Part shown: positions 55,766 to 64,000 of the stretch, in pieces
Position numbering within the stretch: position 1 is the first letter of the stretch
Layout of the letters: the number at the start of each line of letters is the position of its first letter
Source of the DNA: an uncultured Muribaculaceae bacterium
Lineage (GTDB): Bacteria > Bacillota_I > Bacilli_A > RF39 > UBA660
Length of the DNA: 64,000 nt
Reading direction: 5' to 3'
Assembly: GCA_964384115.1 (NCBI GenBank)
Contig: CAYLJU010000001.1
Coordinates: 6,469-70,468 of the forward strand
Notes under the pieces: generated by a model
Database searches by the model: none
What the model was told of the DNA's origin: nothing
The model's input: only the letters and a program-made list of their open reading frames with translations
Translations under genes and position numbers: made by a program

Positions 55766-56944
55766 ATGAATATCAAAGATGAATTTAATCAAATAAATTT
55801 AGAATTAACAGAAAATAAAAATGATATTTGTAATAAAATAAACGAAAAAATATCTCAAACTCAAAATCAAATAGAAAATAAATTAAAAAAAGAAAATATA
55901 GTAGTTAAAGTAAAATTAAACATAATACCAATAATAAATAAATTTTATCAAAAACTAATAAATATTAACAATTTTGTTGAAAAAAATTTATTATTTAATA
56001 TTAAAAATGAACCAGAAGATATGATGTTTTTACAAAAAAATATAATATCGATAAATATTGAAAGCAAAAACGTAGAAATAAAAGAAGAAATAAAAGGAAT
56101 GTTTGAATTACTATTATATAATTTAACCGTTCAATTTAAATTAGACGCTTATTTATATAAAAATGTTAAACAAATAATTACTGAAGAAGAAGATAAACTA
56201 ATACCAGAAATAAATAAAATATTAAATGATGTTTTAAATAATAACAAAAATAAAATTATAAAAAAATATAACGAAATAATGCTATACAAAAGTAAAGAAA
56301 ATCCAAATAAATATGAAATAAATACATCTTTTTTATCAAAATATGCCCAAAAATATTTAATAAAAATATCAAATGAAATGTTAATAAACTTAAAATCAAA
56401 ATCAGAAAAAAAATTAAATGAAGAAATCGATTCTTTAAAAGAATCTATTTTAGAAAATAATAAAATTAAAAAAAATGATTTAAATAAAATAATTGAACCA
56501 CTACAAACATATATTGAACAGTTTATAAATACTTTATTTAATAAACTAAATGAAATAACAATATCCACAACTGAAATGATTTATTCAAACAATCTAAAAA
56601 AAGATATTGAAAAATATAATAATTATATAAATAAAATATTAGATAAGGAAATAATATTAGATAAAGAATTTAAAAATATCAAAAAAAAATTATTCTCAAA
56701 CAAAAAAATAAAAAAAGATGCTGAAAACATCAAAATACTTGATAGCACTTTTGAAGAAATAAAAAATAACATTATAAGTAATATAAAAATAACAATAATG
56801 GATTTATTAAAAACTAACAGTTTTAATATAAACAAAACTATAACATGCACAAATTTCATAAAATATAGTACAAAAGATCAAATAGAAGAATTAAACGAAA
56901 AAGAACTAATTCAAATGTTTGAACTATTAATTAAAAATGAATAA
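55766..56944 (+). CDS. hypothetical Lys/Asn-rich protein
   Basis: start ATG 55766 behind AAGGAGAG. Confidence 0.35.
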   Translation: MNIKDEFNQINLELTENKNDICNKINEKISQTQNQIENKLKKENIVVKVKLNIIPIINKFYQKLININNFVEKNLLFNIKNEPEDMMFLQKNIISINIESKNVEIKEEIKGMFELLLYNLTVQFKLDAYLYKNVKQIITEEEDKLIPEINKILNDVLNNNKNKIIKKYNEIMLYKSKENPNKYEINTSFLSKYAQKYLIKISNEMLINLKSKSEKKLNEEIDSLKESILENNKIKKNDLNKIIEPLQTYIEQFINTLFNKLNEITISTTEMIYSNNLKKDIEKYNNYINKILDKEIILDKEFKNIKKKLFSNKKIKKDAENIKILDSTFEEIKNNIISNIKITIMDLLKTNSFNINKTITCTNFIKYSTKDQIEELNEKELIQMFELLIKNE

Positions 56945-57000
56945 AATAATTTTACAAAAATAAAAAAAAGATTTATAATAAACCCAGTTTTGGGGGAATT

Positions 57001-57690
57001 ATGAAAGAAAAACTTTTAGAAGAAATATTAAAAAGTATTGATGACACTATTCTATTATATGATGGAGACAAGTTAATATATAGAAATCACGAAGAAGGAA
57101 ATGATCAAATAATAGTAGATAAAAAAAATATTAATTTCATGAATAAAGAATATAGTGTAGTATTTTTAGGTAAACCTAAAAATAATGAATATGAAATTGA
57201 TGATTTAACCGGAGTATTAACAAAAGGTGCATTCAAAAAAAACATTATGGAATTGAATAATGAAAAAATAGAAAGCAACGTTATCGTTTTTTGTGATATA
57301 GACAATTTAAAAAAATTTAATGAAAGATATGGTCATGTAGAAACTGATAAAGTAATTAAAAATGTAGCAAATATAATGAAAAAAAATATCAGATCAACTG
57401 ATATCATTGCTAGATTTGGCGGAGATGAATTTGTTATTCTTCTTAAAGATACAAATATATCAAAAAGCTTTAATAGAATAGAAAAAATAAGAAAAATGAT
57501 ATGTGAAACACCATACACTTTAAGATGTACTGAAACAGGAAAAATAGAAACAACTTATATAAGTATGACATTTGGAATGTCAACAGTAGAAGAAAACATA
57601 TCGAAAAGTTTAGTTAATGCAGATGATATGTTAGTTAATGGAAAGAAAAATGAAAAAAATAAAATATACATATTAGAAAAAAATAAATAA
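57001..57690 (+). CDS. GGDEF-domain diguanylate cyclase (no sensor domain)
   Basis: ...FCDIDNLKKFNERYGH...RFGGDEFVILL. Confidence 0.75.
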   Translation: MKEKLLEEILKSIDDTILLYDGDKLIYRNHEEGNDQIIVDKKNINFMNKEYSVVFLGKPKNNEYEIDDLTGVLTKGAFKKNIMELNNEKIESNVIVFCDIDNLKKFNERYGHVETDKVIKNVANIMKKNIRSTDIIARFGGDEFVILLKDTNISKSFNRIEKIRKMICETPYTLRCTETGKIETTYISMTFGMSTVEENISKSLVNADDMLVNGKKNEKNKIYILEKNK

Positions 57691-57872
57691 TTAAATTCAA
57701 AAATTATTATTTTTAAAATCAAATCATTATAAACAATTATTAATAACAAATACAATTAATATATACGTAAAAAGATCTAAAAAATTTTTTAGATCTTTTT
57801 TAACTAAATATTTTGTCGAACCAAAAAAAACAAAAAAAACATAAAACCTAATAAAATTTATTAGGTGATAAA

Positions 57873-60413
57873 ATGAACGGACTAACAAATGAAGAAGTAA
57901 AAGTAGCACGTGAAAAATATGGAACAAACGAAATAACAAAAAAGAAAGCCAAAAAAGTTATCAACATTTTTGTTGATAACTTGGGCGATCCAATAATAAG
58001 AATCTTACTCATTGCCCTAGCAGTCAAAATCGTATTTTTACTAAAAGATTTTGATTGGTATGAAACAATTGGCATTGTAGCATCTATTCTTTTAGCATCA
58101 ATAGTATCAACAATATCAGAATATGGAAGTGAAAAAGCCTTTGAAAAACTTCAAAAAGAAGCAGAAACAATTAAAACAAAAGTATTAAGAGAAAAAAAAG
58201 TAGAAGAAATAAAAATAAATGAAGTAGTAAAAGGCGATATAATAATTCTTGAATCAGGCGATAAAGTATCAGCAGATGGAAATATAATAGAAGGAAAACT
58301 ATCAGTTGATGAGTCTTTAATAAATGGAGAATCTAAAGAAAAAATAAAAACATTTAATGATAAATTGTATAGAGGAACAATTATAACAGAAGGAAAAGGA
58401 CTAATGCACGTAAATGAAATTGGAAACAATACAACATATGGTCAGATTGCTAGTGAATTGCAAATAGAAACTGAGGAAAGTCCATTAAAAACAAGGTTAA
58501 GACATTTAGCAGAAACAATTAGTAAAATGGGATACATAGGATCAGCATTAGTCGCACTATCATATTTATTTAAAGTAATAATAATTAATAATAATTTTGA
58601 TTATCAAGATATTCTAGCAACAATAACTAACTTTAGATTATTATCAGGATATATATTACATGCCCTAACACTATGTGTAACAGTTATAATAGTATCAGTA
58701 CCAGAAGGATTACCAATGATGATAACACTAGTACTATCGTCTAACATGAAAAAATTATTAAAATCAAATGTTTTAGTAAGGAAATTAACAGGAATTGAAA
58801 CAACCGGAAGTTTAAACATATTATTTACCGATAAAACAGGAACTCTAACCAAAGGTAAATTAGAAGTAATAGGAATAATGAATCCAAATCTTGAAATCGA
58901 ATCATACAAGGAAGTAATTCAAAATGAATTATTAAAAGAAAATATAATCATAAATAATGATAGTGTGTATTCATCTGAAATAAATAAGGCAATAGGATCA
59001 AATGCAACCGATCGTGCATTAAAAGAATTTATAAGAGAAAATAGTAAAGAAAAAGTTTTAAAAAAAGAATCATTTTCATCCGATAAAAAATATTCAAGCG
59101 TTACAACAAAAAAACAAACATATATAAAAGGAGCATATGAAAAATTACTAATAAAATCAAATAAATACATCAATAAATTTGGCTATGAAAGAATGATAAT
59201 AAATAAGGATAAAATAATTGAAAAATTAAAACAACTATCTGAAAAAGGAATAAGAATAGTAATGTTAGGAATAAAAAAAGAAACCGAAATAATCTTACAA
59301 GGTTTTGCTTTAATTAGAGATGAACCAAGGGAAAATGTTAAAGAAGCACTTGAATTAGTAGAAAAAGCAGGAATAAGAACCATAATGATAACAGGGGATA
59401 GTAAAACAACAGCATCAGCAATTGCTAAGGAATTAAATATGTTAAAAAAAGATGAATATGTATTAACAAGTGATGAATTAGATAGTTTAACAGATGAAGA
59501 AGTAAAAAAAATAATACCTAAATTAAGAATAGTCGCTAGAGCACTTCCGAAAGACAAAAGCAGATTAGTCAAATTATCTCAAAATTTAGGCTATGTTACA
59601 GGCATGACCGGAGATGGTATAAATGATGCTCCAGCCTTAAAAAAAGCTGATGTTGGATTTTCTATGGGATCAGGAACTGAAGTAGCAAAAGAAGCAAGTG
59701 ATATTGTAATATTAGATAACAACTTTTTATCAATAACAAAAGCAATTCTTTTTGGAAGAACAATTTTTAAATCAATAAGAAAGTTTATTATATTTCAATT
59801 AACAGTAAATACATGTGCCCTAGCAATATCAATAATCGGACCATTTATAAATATAGAATCACCAATAACAGTTGTTCAAATGCTTTGGATAAATATGGTA
59901 ATGGATACTTTAGCAGGATTAGCATTTTCATATGAACCACCATTAATAGAATATATGGAAGAAAAACCTAAATCAAGAAATGAAAAAATTTTAAATAAAT
60001 ATATGATAAATGAAATATTTATAACAGGACTATATTCATCATTATTATTAATTATATTTTTAAAATTACCAATGTTTAAACAAATGTTTAGACCAGATGA
60101 AACAAATAAATATTTCATGACAGGTTTTTTTACACTATTTATATTAATAACAATATTTAATAGTTTTAATGCCAGAACAAGTAGAATCAACATATTAGCA
60201 GACATTAAAAAAAATCCTATATTTTTAGGAATAATAATATTTATTATGGCAATACAATTAATAATAATATACTTTGGAGGAAATGTATTTAGAACATATG
60301 GATTAGACATATCTGAAATTATATTCCTAATATTATTATCATTAACAGTAATACCAGTAGATTGGATAAGAAAATACATTCTAAAGATAAAAGGAATAGA
60401 AAAAGGCGTATAG
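57873..60413 (+). CDS. calcium-translocating P-type ATPase (PMCA/YloB-like)
   Basis: DKTGTLT phosphorylation site, TGDGINDAPALKKADVG, 10 TM pattern, 846 aa. Confidence 0.9.
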   Translation: MNGLTNEEVKVAREKYGTNEITKKKAKKVINIFVDNLGDPIIRILLIALAVKIVFLLKDFDWYETIGIVASILLASIVSTISEYGSEKAFEKLQKEAETIKTKVLREKKVEEIKINEVVKGDIIILESGDKVSADGNIIEGKLSVDESLINGESKEKIKTFNDKLYRGTIITEGKGLMHVNEIGNNTTYGQIASELQIETEESPLKTRLRHLAETISKMGYIGSALVALSYLFKVIIINNNFDYQDILATITNFRLLSGYILHALTLCVTVIIVSVPEGLPMMITLVLSSNMKKLLKSNVLVRKLTGIETTGSLNILFTDKTGTLTKGKLEVIGIMNPNLEIESYKEVIQNELLKENIIINNDSVYSSEINKAIGSNATDRALKEFIRENSKEKVLKKESFSSDKKYSSVTTKKQTYIKGAYEKLLIKSNKYINKFGYERMIINKDKIIEKLKQLSEKGIRIVMLGIKKETEIILQGFALIRDEPRENVKEALELVEKAGIRTIMITGDSKTTASAIAKELNMLKKDEYVLTSDELDSLTDEEVKKIIPKLRIVARALPKDKSRLVKLSQNLGYVTGMTGDGINDAPALKKADVGFSMGSGTEVAKEASDIVILDNNFLSITKAILFGRTIFKSIRKFIIFQLTVNTCALAISIIGPFINIESPITVVQMLWINMVMDTLAGLAFSYEPPLIEYMEEKPKSRNEKILNKYMINEIFITGLYSSLLLIIFLKLPMFKQMFRPDETNKYFMTGFFTLFILITIFNSFNARTSRINILADIKKNPIFLGIIIFIMAIQLIIIYFGGNVFRTYGLDISEIIFLILLSLTVIPVDWIRKYILKIKGIEKGV

Positions 60414-60535
60414 CATTATAATTTATCAAATGAAAAAAATTTTACAAAAGATGCTAAGTTATATTATAATGGAAATATAATAGTTCCGATGATTTGGAAA
60501 CTATTTGTCTAAAATAAAAAAAGCGGAGGATAAAT

Positions 60536-61054
60536 ATGGAAATCTTAGATTTATATGATAACAAAAAAAATAAGATTGATAAGACTTTAATTAGGGAAAA
60601 TAGCGAGCCTTTAGAAGGAGAATTTAAATTGTCTATTCATTTATGGATTATAAACAGTAATGGTGAATTTTTAATTCAAAAAAGAAGTGCTAGTAGGAAA
60701 TCTAATCCGAATAAATGGGCTTTTACTGGAGGAGCAGTTGATTCGGGAGAAGAATCATATCAAGGTGCAATTAGAGAAGCTAAGGAAGAAATGGGAGTAA
60801 ATTTGGATTCAGATGATGTTGAATTTTTACTTGGATTTAAAAGAGAACATGATTTTGTTGATGTATTCATTGCAAAAAGCAATATAGATATTAAAAATGT
60901 AAAAATGCAAGAAACTGAAGTATCAGAATCAAAATGGGTTAAACCTACTGAACTTGATGAACTAATTAAAAATGGAGAATTTGTTCCAGCAATTAATCTT
61001 TATTATGATTTGTTTAAAAAATTACTAGAAAAATGTAAAGGAATTAAGTTTTAA
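60536..61054 (+). CDS. NUDIX hydrolase
   Basis: Nudix box GGAVDSGEESYQGAIREAKEEMGV. Confidence 0.75.
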   Translation: MEILDLYDNKKNKIDKTLIRENSEPLEGEFKLSIHLWIINSNGEFLIQKRSASRKSNPNKWAFTGGAVDSGEESYQGAIREAKEEMGVNLDSDDVEFLLGFKREHDFVDVFIAKSNIDIKNVKMQETEVSESKWVKPTELDELIKNGEFVPAINLYYDLFKKLLEKCKGIKF

Positions 61055-61208
61055 TTGATAAAAAAGAGTAGGACTTGATATACTAAATTAGAAGTTACTT
61101 TAGAGGTATTAGCGCCTCAAATTGCATTATCAATTTCAAAGACCCAGTAATTAAGAATAGAAATAATTAATTAGTTAAAATTAGATAAAATTTATTAAAA
61201 ATGATTCA

Positions 61209-61500
61209 ATGGAATTTGGAACTAAAGTAGCAAAAGAAGCAAGTGATATTGTAATATTAAATAACACCTTTTTATCAATAACAAAATCAATTCTTTTTGG
61301 AAGAATAATTTTTAAATCAATAAGAAAGTTTATTATATTTCAATTAACAGTAAATATATTTGCCCTGGCAATATCAATAATCGGACCATTTATAAATATA
61401 GAATCACCAATAACAGTTGTTCAAATGCTATGAGTAATACCAGTAGATTGGATAAGAAAATACATTCTAAAGATAAAAGGAATAGAAAAAGGCGTATAGT
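61209..61500 (+). pseudogene. decayed partial duplicate of the P-type ATPase 3' end (internal ~460-bp deletion)
   Basis: 61209-61433 ~95% identical to ATPase ~59670-59894; 61434-61500 identical to 60347-60413 including the stop. Confidence 0.75.
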
Positions 61501-61573
61501 CTTATAATTATGAGTATTTACAAAAAAAAATATTTATTATATAATGATGGTATAAAATGAAAGGAAGTTTCAA

Positions 61574-62110
61574 GTGAAAAAAATAATAACAATGTGCATC
61601 ATTATACTATCATTAACCGGTTGCACTTTATATAGAGAAGAACTTAAAACCACTACAAAAGAAGAATCAAAAAATATTTTATCAAGTGAAGAAGCTCTTG
61701 AATTAATAAAAGAAAAATATGAACAAATGGAAAAATCATACACAGAAATATCTGGAACATACCCAACAATAATAGAAGACAACAAAACATATTACACATT
61801 AATTAATTATAATGAACTAACAAAAATATATAATGAAAAAATGCTAAAAAAATATAATGAAGAAAATAATATAATTCAAAAAGAAAACACATATTATTCA
61901 TATTTATTACCAAAAACTAAAGCTGAATACGATGATATCTCATACACTGAAATATCAATAACAGAAAATAAAATAAAATATAATATTTTATTATATAAAT
62001 GCGCAGAAAAAAAAGATGAAAAATGTAAAAATTCAACATTAACAACAAATCAATTTGAATTAGAAAAAGAAAATAATGAATGGAAAATATCAAATTATGA
62101 AGTAAATTAA
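61574..62110 (+). CDS. lipoprotein (hypothetical)
   Basis: signal peptide with lipobox LTGC. Confidence 0.5.
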   Translation: MKKIITMCIIILSLTGCTLYREELKTTTKEESKNILSSEEALELIKEKYEQMEKSYTEISGTYPTIIEDNKTYYTLINYNELTKIYNEKMLKKYNEENNIIQKENTYYSYLLPKTKAEYDDISYTEISITENKIKYNILLYKCAEKKDEKCKNSTLTTNQFELEKENNEWKISNYEVN

Positions 62111-62162
62111 AAATTTTATTTTTATAATTTAAAAATAAGCATACAATAATATTGGTGATAAA

Positions 62163-62612
62163 ATGAAAATAAAAAAATTAATAATATCAATATTAATACC
62201 ATTATTATTAGGAATTATAGTAAGTCTATTTATCAATACAGATATATATGATGTAATAATAAAACCAGAAATAAGTCCACCAAAAATAGTTTTTCCAATA
62301 GTATGGACAATATTATATATACTAATGGGAATATCAAACTATATAATAAATAAAGATAATAAAAAAGAAGTACCAAATTTAATATACTATATAAGCTTAG
62401 CAATAAATTTAATATGGCCAATTATATTCTTTAACACGCAAGAATATTTAATATCTTTACTAATAATAATCATATTAATAATATTTGTAGCATTAACAAT
62501 AATAGAATATTTTAAAATATCAAAAATAGCAGGATATTTACAAATACCATATATACTATGGCTATTATTCGCACTTTACTTAAACTATCAAGTATTAATA
62601 TTAAATAGATAA
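62163..62612 (+). CDS. TspO/MBR family tryptophan-rich sensory membrane protein
   Basis: five TM pattern, ...PPKIVFPIVWTILYILMG...LIWPIIFF... Confidence 0.6.
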   Translation: MKIKKLIISILIPLLLGIIVSLFINTDIYDVIIKPEISPPKIVFPIVWTILYILMGISNYIINKDNKKEVPNLIYYISLAINLIWPIIFFNTQEYLISLLIIIILIIFVALTIIEYFKISKIAGYLQIPYILWLLFALYLNYQVLILNR

Positions 62613-62697
62613 AAAATATTTTTATAAAACAAATAAAAATGTTTTTTTTTTAGCTTTTAAATGATATAATTAAATAAAATAGAAAAGGTGATTGAAG

Positions 62698-63999
62698 TGA
62701 AGATAATACTTTTTAAAGAAAATAGATTAATCCCATTTATATTACCAAAAAATGGTGATTTTTGGATAACCAATACAAATGAAAACAATGAAGAATATAA
62801 CTTAATAAATGTCGAAAATAAAGAAGATGGATGCTATTTAAAAAGTAATTTTGAAACAAAAATTTTAGATAATGAAATAGAATTAGAAGAAATAAGAATT
62901 AGACCATATCAATTTTATAAAATTAAAACAAATGGTAAAATTATATTATTATATGTAGAGCCAAATATTGAAGAAAATTATAAATACTATAGAATTCTAA
63001 ATAATGAATTAACCATAGGAAGTAATGAAAATAATAGTATAATTGTAAAAACATCTGAAAATATTAAAGCAAAAATTCATATTTATGAAAATAAATTTGA
63101 ATTTGAAAATTTGAATCAAAATATACCATCTTTCATAAATAATAATAAAGTAGTAAAAGAAAATATAAAATATGGTGACGTTTTATTTATAAATGGTATT
63201 AAAATTGTATTTTTAAAAGGAATATTAATGATTAATAATCCTAATAATATTGTACATATAAATCCAAATATTTTAAAAGAAGGAATAATAAATCCAAGAG
63301 AAAAAATGGAAATCGTTGAAGATGAATCACCAGATTCACATAATCCAAATTTATACAATAAAGAAGACTATTTTTATAGATCACCTAGATTCAGAAGCAT
63401 CATAGAAAGAGCAAATATAACTATAGATGAACCACCGGCAAAAAATGAACAAAAAGAACTACCAGCTATCCTTGCTATTGGTCCTATGATAACAATGGGA
63501 TTGACATCATTAGTGACAGCATCATCAGCAATAACTAATGTAGTAGTCAATAACCGAAGTATATTTCAAGCTCTTCCAACACTCGCAATCGCCCTTGCAT
63601 CATTTGCAACAATGTTAATATGGCCAAGTATAACTAGAAAATATAATAAAAAAGAAAAAGAAAAGGAAGAACAAAGAAGACAAAAAAAATATAAAGAGTA
63701 TTTAGAAACAAAAAAGGCTGAAATAGATAAAACTATTAAAGAACAAAGTAATATTTTAAAAGAAAACTATACAAGTTTAGAAGAATGTCAAAACATAGTT
63801 TTAAATAAAAAAACAAATCTTTGGGAAAGAGGAAACGATCAAGATGACTTCTTAACAGTAAGACTTGGAATCGGAAATAAAGAAATAGAAGCTGACATAA
63901 AGTATCCTGAAGAAAAATTCACTATGAATGAAGATAATTTAAAGGTAATGATTGAAGAAATAGTAAATTCAAGAAAAGAACTTGAAAATGTGCCAATAA
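62698..63999 (+). CDS. 5' part of EssC-like type VII secretion FtsK/SpoIIIE-family ATPase (FHA-like N-domains + TM segments), runs off right edge
   Basis: GTG 62698 behind AAAGGTGA; two ~100-aa FHA-like repeats (...TIGSNENNSIIVK..., ...GDVLFINGIKIVF...), then two TM helices and coiled-coil; no stop before window end. Confidence 0.5.
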
Positions 64000-64000
64000 T

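Noticed and set aside
61209-61433. 74-aa ORF MEFGTKVAKEASDIV... as a real gene
   Set aside because: It is a decayed partial copy of the P-type ATPase C-terminal region with an internal deletion
1-64000. CRISPR arrays, rRNA, IS elements or transposases
   Set aside because: No regularly spaced direct repeats and no transposase-like ORFs or terminal inverted repeats were seen, apart from the 23-bp IR pair, which has no transposase nearby

Overview
This is a very AT-rich, low-GC Firmicutes chromosomal segment. Host markers point to a Clostridia-like spore former: spoIID, a SpoIIQ-like M23 peptidase, spoIIID, mreB/mbl, cotJB/cotJC, a CotZ/CotY-like cysteine-rich coat protein, typA, ddl, an RsmF-like methyltransferase, a Ca-type P-type ATPase, a GGDEF protein and a TspO protein. 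The 5' end of an EssC-like type VII secretion ATPase gene runs off the right edge. Stop codons including TGA behave as stops throughout, so the standard code is in use.

Bases ~16956-46967 (~30 kb) hold a complete-looking temperate siphovirus-type prophage read almost entirely on the + strand. Its modules run in order: integrase (- strand), CI-like repressor (- strand), cro/early genes, replisome organizer with internal iterons, many small unknown ORFs, MazG, HNH endonuclease, TerS, TerL, portal, HK97-type prohead protease and major capsid, head-tail joining proteins, major tail protein, a G/G-T tail chaperone made by a -1 frameshift, tape measure, Dit, Tal, a receptor-binding protein, then XhlA, holin and a CHAP/CW_7 endolysin. 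It is bounded by imperfect direct repeats built of 11-bp GTAGCNCACAN units. It lies between two fragments of a beta-lactamase-fold serine hydrolase gene.

The most notable feature sits between the tail-fibre genes and the lysis cassette: a complete diversity-generating retroelement (DGR). It has a target gene (42298-43113) with an 84-bp C-terminal variable region (VR), an accessory ORF, an 84-bp template repeat (TR) that differs from the VR only at TR adenines (11 of 22 adenines, 0 of 62 other bases), a ~120-nt spacer, and a reverse transcriptase carrying the DGR-type IGSQISQ motif. An imperfect hairpin immediately follows the VR.

Other observations worth a second look: a perfect 23-bp inverted repeat bracketing the cI/cro switch; 48-bp direct repeats bracketing the HNH-terminase module; an integrase N-terminus with no canonical start codon (probable 1-nt indel); a NUDIX gene flanked by the P-type ATPase 3' end and a decayed duplicate of it; and a 19-aa SEC-C-motif mini-ORF. 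No CRISPR array, rRNA or tRNA was recognised.
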